Source of the DNA: Methanopyrus kandleri AV19
GTDB taxonomy: Archaea > JAADCQ01 > Methanopyri > Methanopyrales > Methanopyraceae
Reading direction: 5' to 3'
Assembly (NCBI RefSeq): GCF_000007185.1
Contig: NC_003551.1
Coordinates: 510,001 to 542,000, forward strand
Length of the DNA: 32,000 nt
In this document: positions 10,220 through 19,502 of the stretch, one piece after another
Numbering within the stretch: the first letter of the stretch is position 1
How the letters are laid out: each line of letters opens with the position of its first letter
Notes under the pieces: model-generated
Databases searched by the model: none
Seen by the model: only the letters and a program-made list of their open reading frames with translations
Told to the model about the DNA's origin: nothing
Program-made: the position numbers and the translations under genes

Positions 10220-10772
10220 GGTGGACGCCCTCGAACTTCGGGACGTGGACTTCGTAAAACCCTCGATATGCGGAGTGGTACGATAGGACTCCCAGCTTTT
10301 CGAGACGTGTCCGGAGCCTTCCCTCGAGTCGACGGTACGGCTCGGGATCCGCGTCGAACTCCAGTAAGTGGACCCGATGCGCCCGTCGACAGGTCGGGGA
10401 GCAGGGGACGAACCCCTCGGTTACGACCACCACGTTGTCCGGGTCGTGATCGAACCTGACGTGGCCCTCCAGGAAGTACTCGACGCAGCACTCGGGGTAA
10501 CCCAGGAACCTCCCGACCTCCTCGTCATCTAGCGTGTACACCCCGATCCGCTCCGAAACGTAGGGGTGTAAGGCGGGACGGACGTGGAGACCGCTTTCCT
10601 CCCATAGGACCAGCTCCGTCTCAACGATGTTTATGCATATGTCGAGGTCCATGGGCGTGAGCCGCTGGAGGGCGAACTCCGCGAGGGTTCGTGGTTCGGG
10701 CATGTCACCGGTACCGTCCAAGTGGGAACGTAGGTCTTGAAGGAACGTGAGGACACGCTCGAGCGTGTTCAA
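10203..10772 (-). CDS. conserved archaeal protein, possibly DUF483-like
   Basis: FLGYPECCVEYF and FVPCSPTCRRA cysteine motifs; overlaps the start of the KaiC-like gene by 17 nt. Family assignment from memory. Confidence 0.6.
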   Translation of the reverse strand: MNTLERVLTFLQDLRSHLDGTGDMPEPRTLAEFALQRLTPMDLDICINIVETELVLWEESGLHVRPALHPYVSERIGVYTLDDEEVGRFLGYPECCVEYFLEGHVRFDHDPDNVVVVTEGFVPCSPTCRRAHRVHLLEFDADPEPYRRLEGRLRTRLEKLGVLSYHSAYRGFYEVHVPKFEGVHLDRPY

Positions 10773-11046
10773 CCGGGATCCCCGTGAGGAGCTACTCCGG
10801 AGGTGAGGTTAATCCGATGATCGGACCCCCGGGACCGAGGGGCCGAAGGGATGGGGAGCTAGTCCGGGGGTGAGGGGGTACTCCCGATGATCGTCCTCCA
10901 CGGCCCCCGACCGCCCTCTGAGGGAGCGTTCTAATTATCGTAACGAAAGACAGGTCGAGCCGCACCCGCGAACCGTCGTGATGATCGCGACGTTGTGACG
11001 GGATCGTTATACCGCCGCGCGACGGTCTGGCGATCGGGGGTCGTTC

Positions 11047-12033
11047 TTGGTCCGGGTACGGTCCGTCTCCAGGATCCACGTGACACTGATCGACTTACAC
11101 GGTGGGTTGGGCCGAGTAGACGGTAGCGTGGGAGTGACGCTGGAGGGCCCTAGGATCGAGCTCGAGGTGGAACCGACGGGGGAAGGGGTCAAGGTCGACG
11201 GAGAAGGAGAGATCGCGGAGAAAGCGGAGCGGGCGGCGCGGAAGGTACTCGATCTGTACGGGATCGAGGGTGGTGTCCGGATCGAGGTGGTGAGGCGGTA
11301 TCCCGAGCACGTTGGCCTCGGTTCCGGTACGCAGGCGACGTTGTCAGCAGCTGTCGGAACGTTGGAGGCACACGGTGTCGAGCACTACGACGTGCGGGAA
11401 CTGGCGGATGCACTGGGTCGAGGTGGGACATCGGGGATCGGTGTGGCGGCGTTCGAGCGGGGCGGGTTCATAGTAGATGGTGGCCACGTCTTCGGCCCGG
11501 GTGGGAAAGAGGAGTTCAAACCGTCGGCGGCGTCTGGCGAGGTCCCTCCGGCACCGGTGATCTCGCGGCTGGAAGTACCGGAGGATTGGCGGTTCGTGCT
11601 CGCGATCCCAGAGGTGGAACGGGGTGCGCACGGGGATAAGGAAGTGAACATCTTCAAGCGGTACTGCCCGGTACCGGCGCGGGAGGTGGGGGAGATCTGC
11701 AGGTGGATACTGATGGTGATGATGCCCGCGGTGGTGGAAGACGACCCTGAGGATTTCGGCAGGGCGGTGGACGCTATTCAGGACTTAGGGTTCAAGCGTG
11801 TGGAGGTGGGTCTACAGCATCCCGTGGTCAGGGAGATGATGGAGGTGGCCCGGAGTGCCGGAGCTTACGGGGCCGGGTTGAGCTCGTTCGGTCCTACCGT
11901 GTACGCGGTGTGCGATTCGCCCTCGGCGCGTGACGTCGCGCAGGAGCTTGAAATGTATATGAGAGAGGAGGGTATCGGCGGGGAGGTAAGCGTTTCCGAA
12001 CCGCGGAACGAGGGTTTCGAGGTGACGGGGTAG
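11047..12033 (+). CDS. mptG: beta-ribofuranosylaminobenzene 5'-phosphate synthase (GHMP kinase superfamily, methanopterin biosynthesis)
   Basis: RIHVTLIDLHGGLGRVDGSVG, GLGSGTQATLS, GRGGTSGIGVAAFERGGFIVDGGH and GLSSFGPTVYAV motifs. Confidence 0.9.
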   Translation: MVRVRSVSRIHVTLIDLHGGLGRVDGSVGVTLEGPRIELEVEPTGEGVKVDGEGEIAEKAERAARKVLDLYGIEGGVRIEVVRRYPEHVGLGSGTQATLSAAVGTLEAHGVEHYDVRELADALGRGGTSGIGVAAFERGGFIVDGGHVFGPGGKEEFKPSAASGEVPPAPVISRLEVPEDWRFVLAIPEVERGAHGDKEVNIFKRYCPVPAREVGEICRWILMVMMPAVVEDDPEDFGRAVDAIQDLGFKRVEVGLQHPVVREMMEVARSAGAYGAGLSSFGPTVYAVCDSPSARDVAQELEMYMREEGIGGEVSVSEPRNEGFEVTG

Positions 12034-12044
12034 GGGGGTCACCT

Positions 12045-13307
12045 TTGGGGGTGTACGTGGCCGAGAACTTCACCGGAGTTTACGCGTTCGATGAGGAGGG
12101 GAACCTGATAGACCACGAGCCGTTCCCGAAGGACCCGGACGAGATAGTGGAACGTCTGCTGAAGCGGGAACGTGGTGAGGTGTTGGAAGAGGAAGAGGCG
12201 CTGCTGTCGAGACTGGACGCGGACGTGATCAACTTCGAGGGTACGAAGGCGGACCGGGAGCGGCTCGAGGAGGTGTTCGACGGAGAGCTGGTCGTCGAGT
12301 TCCCGAACGTGGCTGGGGAGGTCCTTCGAGAGCGAGCACGGGAGCTCGCCGTCGAGGTCGGTGTGGTCGACTCCGAGGAGGAGTACTCGGAGCTCGTGTA
12401 CGAGGTCGGCATGAAGCTGTCGAAGGAGAAGGTCCGGGCGACGGTAGAGGAACGGGATCAGATGATCATTCAGGCTATCAACACTATCGACGATATCGAC
12501 AGGATACTGAACATACTCACCGACCGCGTGCGAGAGTGGTACGGAATACACTTCCCCGAGATCAACAAGATCGTGAAGAAGCACGACGATTTCGTGACGT
12601 TGGTGGCCGAGCTGGGGCACCGGAAGAACTTCACTTATGACAACATCAAGGAGGTGCTGCCCGAGTTCCCCGATCATCTGGCCGAGAAGCTCGAGGAGGC
12701 CGCGAAGGACTCGATGGGTGCGGAGATGGACGAGAAGGACTTGGCGGCGGTGCAGCGGATCGCGGAGGTCGCGCGGGAGCTCTACGAGATCAGGCGGAAG
12801 ACTGCGGACTACATCGACGAGTCGATGGACGACGTGGCGCCGAACGTGAAGGCTCTGGTGGGTCCACTGATCGGTGCGAGGTTGATCGCGCTGGCCGGCG
12901 GCTTGAAGGAGATGGCGAAGTTACCCGCGAGCACGATCCAGCTGTTGGGAGCGGAGAAGGCGCTGTTCAGGCACCTGACCAAGGGTACGAAGCCGCCGAA
13001 GCACGGTGTGATCTTCCAGCACCCGCTCATCCACCGGAGCCCGTGGTGGCAGCGCGGTAAGATCGCGAGGGCGCTGGCCGGTAAGCTGGCCATCGCGGCG
13101 CGTATCGACGCTTACTCCGGTGAGTACCGGGGCGACGAGCTGAGGCGACAGCTGGAGCAGCGGGTGAAAGAGATCAAGGAGAAGTACCCGAAGCCCCCGA
13201 AGCGCAAGCGTGGTGGTCGGCCGCCTCGCGGTCGTCGACCGCGTCGGAGGCGTTCACCCCGGAGATCTCGTAGGGATCGCCGGCGCCGCTCACGTCGAAG
13301 GCGGTGA
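12045..13307 (+). CDS. nop5: Nop5/Nop56-58 C/D-box RNP core protein
   Basis: NPLxx-type Nop domain: DDVAPNVKALVGPLIGARLIALAGGLKEMAKLPASTIQLLGAEKALFRHL and KHGVIFQHP; basic tail. Confidence 0.95.
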   Translation: MGVYVAENFTGVYAFDEEGNLIDHEPFPKDPDEIVERLLKRERGEVLEEEEALLSRLDADVINFEGTKADRERLEEVFDGELVVEFPNVAGEVLRERARELAVEVGVVDSEEEYSELVYEVGMKLSKEKVRATVEERDQMIIQAINTIDDIDRILNILTDRVREWYGIHFPEINKIVKKHDDFVTLVAELGHRKNFTYDNIKEVLPEFPDHLAEKLEEAAKDSMGAEMDEKDLAAVQRIAEVARELYEIRRKTADYIDESMDDVAPNVKALVGPLIGARLIALAGGLKEMAKLPASTIQLLGAEKALFRHLTKGTKPPKHGVIFQHPLIHRSPWWQRGKIARALAGKLAIAARIDAYSGEYRGDELRRQLEQRVKEIKEKYPKPPKRKRGGRPPRGRRPRRRRSPRRSRRDRRRRSRRRR

Positions 13308-13354
13308 CTTCATTTCCCCTGAACACAGCAGTTTTTTCGGGGGTGAGTGGGAAA

Positions 13355-14053
13355 ATGGTGGAGATCGAGATCGAACCGCATGAGGAGTTTGAGGGTGTGT
13401 ACTGGGCGATCTTCGAGGACGGTCGGAAGAAGCCCGCGACCGAGAACCTCGTGCCCGGACATCAGGTTTACGGTGAGAGGTTGGTAGAGTACGACGGGAA
13501 GGAGTACCGCGTATGGGAGCCACGGAGGAGCAAGCTCGCCGCCATGATCATGAACGGCATGGAGTACTTCCCGTTCGAGGAGGGTTCGAAGGTACTTTAC
13601 CTGGGTGCGGCGGCCGGAACGACACCGTCACACGTGTCGGACATCATCAAGGAGTCGGGCGTGGAGTACTGCGTCGAGTTCGCCTCGAGGATGATGCAGG
13701 AGCTGATCCCGGTGTGTGAGAAGCGCCCGAACATGATACCCATCCTGGGCGACGCTACGAAGCCGCACGGGTACGCTCCGCTCGTCGAGCAAGTAGACGT
13801 AATCTACCAGGACATCGCTCAGCCGAAACAGGCGGAGGTCGTCGCGGACAACGCCGAGGCGTTCCTGCGTCCCGGAGGGTACGTGATCGTCGCTATTAAG
13901 GCGCGCTCTATCGACGTAACTAAGGAGCCGGAAGAGGTCTTCGAGGACGAGGAGCGCAAGCTCGAGGAGCGTGGCTTCGAGGTGCTAGAAGTCATCGATC
14001 TGGAGCCGTACGAGCGTGATCACGTGGGGATCGTCGCGGAGTACCACGGGTAA
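13355..14053 (+). CDS. flpA: fibrillarin-like rRNA/tRNA 2'-O-methyltransferase
   Basis: VLYLGAAAGTTPSHVSDI, VDVIYQDIAQPKQ and AIKARSIDVTKEP motifs. Confidence 0.95.
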   Translation: MVEIEIEPHEEFEGVYWAIFEDGRKKPATENLVPGHQVYGERLVEYDGKEYRVWEPRRSKLAAMIMNGMEYFPFEEGSKVLYLGAAAGTTPSHVSDIIKESGVEYCVEFASRMMQELIPVCEKRPNMIPILGDATKPHGYAPLVEQVDVIYQDIAQPKQAEVVADNAEAFLRPGGYVIVAIKARSIDVTKEPEEVFEDEERKLEERGFEVLEVIDLEPYERDHVGIVAEYHG

Positions 14054-14055
14054 CC

Positions 14056-14108
14056 GTGATGAGCGTTTCGCTAGCCGACGCGCGGATGACGAGTTACTCC
14101 CGCTCTGA
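14056..14108 (+). ncRNA. candidate C/D-box guide sRNA
   Basis: GTGATGA (C) - 12 nt - CCGA (D'-like) - 4 nt - CGGATGA (C'-like) - 15 nt - CTGA (D). Confidence 0.45.
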
Positions 14109-14302
14109 GCTCTTCTCCCGATGACTGCATTCACCCCTCCTGAATAAGTGATGAAGCGGTCCCCGGAGAGGAGGGCCCGATGACGAGGCAGCCCCAGCCC
14201 GAGGGATGACGACGGAGAGCCGAGCCGAGGGCGAGAGACTTTAACCGCGAACGTCGATTCACGGACGGCGACAGCCGGTAAGGTGAGTGATGGGGTGCGA
14301 GC

Positions 14303-15274
14303 GTGAACGTTCTAGAAGTTCTGGTCGTCGTCGTACCTTCACTCTACATGGGATGGACCATAGGGGCCGACGACGCCGGTGCGGCCATGGGGTCCGCCGT
14401 CGGAGCAGGTGTCCGCACGATGCGGCAGGCGGTTACACTGATCGCCGTTTTCACGACTATGGGCGCGGTGCTGGAAGGGCACAAGGTGGTCAAGACGCTG
14501 GGAAAGGGAGTCGTACAGGCTCACCTCGACCCTATCGCGGCCGGTGCGACCGTGCTCGTGGCGGCCGCCTGGTACCACCTGGCCGTGATGCTCGGAGTAC
14601 CAGTCTCCACGACACAGGCTACCGTGGGATCCATCGCCGGAGTAGGGTGCGCGCTGGGTCTCCCGGTTAACTGGAGCAAGTTCGGCCAGATCGCCGTCGG
14701 ATGGTTCTTGTCACCGATACTCGCGATGATACCCGCCTATTTCGTTTCTCGACGCTTGCGAGCCGTATTGGAGAAGGGTAAATGGCCGCTCGCCGAGATA
14801 GAGCGAAAGATCGGATGGTTACTCACCATCTCAGGGTGCTACGTCGCCTATACGATAGGAGCGAACAACGCCGCCAACGCCGTGGCGCCGATAGTGATGA
14901 CCGGTCTTCTGGACGTCAGATCGGCCGCTATCGTAGGTGGAATCATGATCGCGGTGGGAGCTCTAACCGCGGGTTCCAAGGTCATCGAGACCGTGGGGAG
15001 GAAGATCACTCGGTTGGACCCCGTAACAGCGTTCTCGGCGGAACTTTCGGCCGCGATAGTCACGCACGGGGCGTCGGAGCTCGGAATCCCCATTTCCATC
15101 AACGAGACGACGGCGGGAGCGGTCATCGGCGTGGGGCTATCCCGAGGGGAACTCAACACCCACACCTTGAAGAAGATATTTACAACGTGGATCGCGAGCC
15201 CTGTGGGCTCGTTCGTAATGTCGTACGCACTCATGCGTCTCTACTTGTCGGTGCGAGGGGCGGCGGTGCCTTGA
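14303..15274 (+). CDS. pitA: inorganic phosphate (PiT family) transporter
   Basis: Duplicated GADDAGAAMGSAVGAG / GANNAANAVAPI motifs and multiple TM segments. Confidence 0.9.
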   Translation: MNVLEVLVVVVPSLYMGWTIGADDAGAAMGSAVGAGVRTMRQAVTLIAVFTTMGAVLEGHKVVKTLGKGVVQAHLDPIAAGATVLVAAAWYHLAVMLGVPVSTTQATVGSIAGVGCALGLPVNWSKFGQIAVGWFLSPILAMIPAYFVSRRLRAVLEKGKWPLAEIERKIGWLLTISGCYVAYTIGANNAANAVAPIVMTGLLDVRSAAIVGGIMIAVGALTAGSKVIETVGRKITRLDPVTAFSAELSAAIVTHGASELGIPISINETTAGAVIGVGLSRGELNTHTLKKIFTTWIASPVGSFVMSYALMRLYLSVRGAAVP

Positions 15275-15885
15275 TCTTACGCCCGAGTACGCGACCCGCG
15301 GAGCGCGCACTCGACGCGCTCCTTGAAGAGCTAGACACCATGATTGAAGCCTGTGATCTGCTTTCCGACGTAACGACGATGGAGGAGAGTCCGAAGGAAG
15401 TCGAGGAGCGGCAAGAGTCCCTGAGCGAAGAAGTGGCCGAACTCAAGGACCGTGTAGACGAGGCTATGGAAAGCAGCTCCATGATCCCAGTCGTCAAGGA
15501 AGAGTTGGGCTACATAGCCGAGAACGTGAGGAGAGCCGCCGAGACGTTGCTGAGTTTGGCCTCCCTACTGGTGAGCTTCTACGAGGATTTGGAGGAGGAG
15601 GATCGCGAGAAGCTAGACGAAGTGATCGAAGGTATCGCCAAAATCGCCTCGGGAGTACGTGAATCGGTCGAGTTGTTGAACGAGGACGTACGGAAGGCGG
15701 CGGAGCACGTCGAAAAGATTCGGGACCAGGAAGAGGACGTTCGGTCCCGACTACGCACGCTGATGCTCAAAACCGAGAGGAACGGGCGTCTAGCACCGAT
15801 CGTCCTGGAAATCGAACGGGCGCTCGAAGACATGGACCGAGCCCTTGACGGGGTGAACAGGATTAAAGTGAGGTTCCTCGGGTGA
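15271..15885 (+). CDS. DUF47/PhoU-like coiled-coil phosphate transport regulator
   Basis: All-helical acidic protein, TTG 15271 overlapping the pit stop; located directly downstream of pit as DUF47 genes commonly are. Confidence 0.7.
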   Translation: MILRPSTRPAERALDALLEELDTMIEACDLLSDVTTMEESPKEVEERQESLSEEVAELKDRVDEAMESSSMIPVVKEELGYIAENVRRAAETLLSLASLLVSFYEDLEEEDREKLDEVIEGIAKIASGVRESVELLNEDVRKAAEHVEKIRDQEEDVRSRLRTLMLKTERNGRLAPIVLEIERALEDMDRALDGVNRIKVRFLG

Positions 15886-16838
15886 GACCGGTGGAGGTCC
15901 TAGGGAAGCGCTGGGCCCACCCGATCGCCTGCGCTTCCGGGGCTCTCGCCGCCCATCGGCCGGGCATGGAAAATGCCGTTCTACGCGGTGCGGCGGCTAT
16001 TTTCACGAAGACGGTCACTGAATCACCGCGCGAGGGCCATCCAGGACCGGTATTCGTGGATTACCTCGACGAGGGATACGCGCTCAACGCTATGGGTTTA
16101 CCGAACCCCGGCCCGGACAGGATGGTGGTGGAAATCGAAGAGTTCCGGGACGAATTCGACGTACCGGTATACGCGAGCGTGGCGGCCGACGGTCCGGAGG
16201 GTTTCAAGAGGTTGGCACGCGCGTTCTCCGGCGTAGCGGACGGATTGGAACTGAACGTCTCGTGCCCTCACGCGGGCAAGGGGTACGGGGCGGAACTAGG
16301 CTCCGATCCGGAGGCCGTGGCCGAAATCACCGAGGCCGCCGTCCGGGCGTTCGACGGACCGGTGTCCGTGAAATTGACTCCCAACGTGGACCGCGAAACC
16401 TTGCTCGAGGTGGCTGCGGCGGCCATCGATGCGGGAGCGGAGGCACTCACCGCCGTGAACACGCTGGGACCTGGCCTTAGGATCGACCTGAGGACCGCCA
16501 GCCCCGTCCTAGGAGCCGGGGTAGGTGGACTGTCGGGCCCCGCGCTCAAACCCATCGCGCTCCGCGTCGTGGCGGACTTAGCGCTGGAGTTCGGGGAGGA
16601 AGTGGAGATCATAGGAGTCGGTGGGATCCGGAACGGGGAAGACGTCGTCGAGTTCCTGTTCGCCGGTGCCAAGGCGGTGCAGGTCGCCACGGCGGCTCGA
16701 GAGAAAGACTTCGGAGATATCGCGATGGAAACCTCCCACATTCTCAAGGAACTCGGATACGATGGACCCGAAGAGGCGATCGGAGCTGCCCTTCCTGAGT
16801 ACCGGGAGAGGCTGCGCCGATTGGGGTGGTGTCAGTGA
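15882..16838 (+). CDS. pyrD: dihydroorotate dehydrogenase, catalytic subunit
   Basis: NAMGLPNPG, LELNVSCPH, VKLTPNV, TAVNTLG and GVGGIRNGEDVVEFLFAGAKAVQ. Confidence 0.9.
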   Translation: MRPVEVLGKRWAHPIACASGALAAHRPGMENAVLRGAAAIFTKTVTESPREGHPGPVFVDYLDEGYALNAMGLPNPGPDRMVVEIEEFRDEFDVPVYASVAADGPEGFKRLARAFSGVADGLELNVSCPHAGKGYGAELGSDPEAVAEITEAAVRAFDGPVSVKLTPNVDRETLLEVAAAAIDAGAEALTAVNTLGPGLRIDLRTASPVLGAGVGGLSGPALKPIALRVVADLALEFGEEVEIIGVGGIRNGEDVVEFLFAGAKAVQVATAAREKDFGDIAMETSHILKELGYDGPEEAIGAALPEYRERLRRLGWCQ

Positions 16839-17614
16839 AGCCAATACCGGCGGAGGTCGTGGAGAACAGGGAAGAATGTGAGCGGACGATCGTGCTCAGG
16901 CTACGGCCGGAGAGGCCGATACGTTGGGAACCCGGACAATTCCTGATGCTCGGGATCTCCGGAGTCGACGAGAAGCCAATGGCGTTCTCAGGAGGAGACG
17001 ACCGGGAGTTCGAACTCACCATCGAGATCGTAGGCCCATTCACGGAGCGTTGCGCCGACCTCGAGCCGGGGGACGTGGTCTGGGTACGGGGACCGTACGG
17101 GAAACCGTTCGAGGTGAGAGGTTCGAGGGCAGTGGTAGTTGCCGGAGGAACCGGGGTAGCACCACTGGTTCCGCTCGTTGAAAGGCTACGTCGAGCGCGC
17201 GTCCACGTTACCTCGGTACTAGGAGGCCCACACGCGGACCGCCTCCCTAGGAAGGATGATCTGGAAAAGTTGTCCGACGAGCTGTACGTCACCACGGAGG
17301 ACGGTAGCGAGGGGCGTAAAGGATTTCCTACGGACGTCCTTGAAGAACTCGTCGAAAAGGAATGTCCGGATGTAGTGTACGCGTGCGGTCCCGAAGGGAT
17401 GCTGGTCCGGGTTGCCGAGATAGCACGAGAGCACGATGTCCCTTGCCAGGTCAGCGTCGTCCGGTACGTGAAATGTGGCGAAGGAATCTGCGGCTCGTGC
17501 GCCTTAGGGAAGGGGCTACTAGTGTGCCGCGACGGTCCGGTGTTTTGGACGGAGGAGTTGGAAGGTACGGAGTTCGGAGGGGTCAGACGTGACGTCACGG
17601 GAAAGCCTGAGTGA
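16835..17614 (+). CDS. pyrK: dihydroorotate dehydrogenase electron transfer subunit
   Basis: FAD/NAD-binding GTGVAPLVPLVERL and [2Fe-2S] motif CGEGICGSCALGKGLLVCRDGPVF. Confidence 0.9.
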   Translation: MKPIPAEVVENREECERTIVLRLRPERPIRWEPGQFLMLGISGVDEKPMAFSGGDDREFELTIEIVGPFTERCADLEPGDVVWVRGPYGKPFEVRGSRAVVVAGGTGVAPLVPLVERLRRARVHVTSVLGGPHADRLPRKDDLEKLSDELYVTTEDGSEGRKGFPTDVLEELVEKECPDVVYACGPEGMLVRVAEIAREHDVPCQVSVVRYVKCGEGICGSCALGKGLLVCRDGPVFWTEELEGTEFGGVRRDVTGKPE

Positions 17615-18335
17615 CGTCGCGTTCGTGCTACCGGCGCACAACGAGGAGGGAGCGGTGGGAAAAGTCGTACGCGAGATTCGGAGGATGTACCCCGATGCGC
17701 TGATAATAGTGGTGGACAACGCGTCTTCGGATCGCACTGCCGAAGAGGCGGAGAAGGCCGGGGCCCTAGTCGTTAGAGAACCGGTCAAAGGTCTGGGAAA
17801 GGCCATCAAGGCGGGGATTCAGTGTGCACTTGAACACGGCGCTCGTATCATCCTCCGAACGGATTCCGACGGGGAGTTCGATCCGAATTGTTTCGCCGAA
17901 CTGATTGAAGCCGCGGATGATTACGACCTGGTGATAGGCAACAGGTTCTCAGAGGGTAGACCGGAGAACGTGCCGCTTTCTCACTACCTTTTCAATATGA
18001 TACTGATAACACTCTTCTGGCTGTTTTATGGAAAGATCTTGGACGTCACGTGCGGGTGCCGCGTGTTCTCCAGGGAACTCGCGAGAGAGATCCTGAAACG
18101 GGACGTAGACGACGGTCCCGCGTTCGACGCCGACACCACTTCCCTTGCGGTATCTTTAGGGTACTCGGTCAAATCCGTCGATGTAAGGCTACGTGGTAGG
18201 ATATCCGGACAGAGGAAAGTAGCCCCCACGGTGATCGGTAAGGTCCTTGTCGGACTCAGGATACTGTTCAGGGTAGCTGTGAATAGGCTTCGATGGCGGT
18301 GCGAAACGCCTTCGACTTTGAGTAGGGGACAATAG
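17589..18335 (+). CDS. family 2 glycosyltransferase (dolichyl-phosphate sugar transferase-like)
   Basis: FVLPAHNEEGAVGKVV, VVDNASSDRTAEEA, LRTDSDGEFDP motifs. Confidence 0.87.
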   Translation: MTSRESLSDVAFVLPAHNEEGAVGKVVREIRRMYPDALIIVVDNASSDRTAEEAEKAGALVVREPVKGLGKAIKAGIQCALEHGARIILRTDSDGEFDPNCFAELIEAADDYDLVIGNRFSEGRPENVPLSHYLFNMILITLFWLFYGKILDVTCGCRVFSRELAREILKRDVDDGPAFDADTTSLAVSLGYSVKSVDVRLRGRISGQRKVAPTVIGKVLVGLRILFRVAVNRLRWRCETPSTLSRGQ

Positions 18336-18388
18336 CGCCACCCGGGTAGTTATAAGTTCGATCCACAGGGGTTCCTGGAGGGGACAAT

Positions 18389-19435
18389 TTGGGACTAGCT
18401 GAACTCCGAGAACTGATCGAACCCGAAGAGACGGACCTGAGAGCCCTCGCCGGTCGGGAGATCGCTATCGACGCGTTCAACGCCCTGTATCAATTCCTGA
18501 CCACGATCATGAAGGACGGACGACCTCTCATGGACTCGAGGGGCAGGATTACCAGCCACTTAAATGGCCTCCTGTATAGGACCGTGAACTTGGTCGAAGA
18601 GGGTATCAAGCCGGTATACGTGTTCGATGGTGAGCCCCCGGACCTGAAGCGTGAAACGCTGGAGCGTCGACGGGAACGGAAGGAGGAGGCGATGGAGAAA
18701 CTGAGGCGGGCCAAAACGAAGGAGGAGCGGGAGAAGTACGCCCGACAAGTCGCCAGACTCGACGAGTCGTTGGTGGAAGACGCGAAGAGGCTGTTGGATC
18801 TCATGGGCATCCCGTGGGTACAGGCCCCCTCGGAAGGAGAGGCGCAGTGCGCGTATATGGCGAGGTGCGGGGACGTATGGGCGACAGGCAGCCAAGACTA
18901 CGACTCGCTGCTTTTCGGCAGCCCCAGGTTGGTTCGCAACATCACGATAGTCGGAAAGCGGAAGCATCCACACACCGGCGAGATCATAGAGGTCAAGCCC
19001 GAGATCATGAGGTTGGAGGACGTGCTCGACCAGCTGGGATTGGAATCGAGGGAGCAGCTGGTGGACCTAGCGATCCTTTTGGGCACGGACTACAACCCGG
19101 ATGGAGTACCCGGGATTGGTCCGAAGCGCGCGCTGCAGTTGATCAGGAAGTACGGGTCGCTAGACGAGCTTAAGGACACCGACATCTGGCCTAAGATCGA
19201 GCGGCACCTGCCGGTGGAACCGGAGAAGCTCAGAAGGCTCTTCCTCGAGCCGGAAGTTACGGACGACTACGAGCTAGACTGGGACGAACCCGACGAAGAG
19301 GGACTGGTCGAGTTCCTGGTTGAGGAGCGTGATTTCTCCGAGGATCGAGTCCGCCGCGCCGTCGAGCGTCTGAAGGAGGCACTTCAGGAGTTGCGGAAGG
19401 GCGGTCGCCAAGAGACCCTGGACGCGTTCTTCTGA
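18389..19435 (+). CDS. fen: flap endonuclease 1
   Basis: [55 protein letters not shown] and [23 protein letters not shown]. Confidence 0.96.
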
Positions 19436-19502
19436 CCCGAGATTCCAGGCGGCGTCGATGGAGCTCAGGGGTGGATCTCCGAACGCTCAGCTCGAGGTTT
19501 GT

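Noticed and set aside
14782-15270. N-terminal 163 codons of ORF 14782..15885
   Set aside because: Overlaps the clear PiT transporter CDS in another frame; the real DUF47-like gene begins near TTG 15271.
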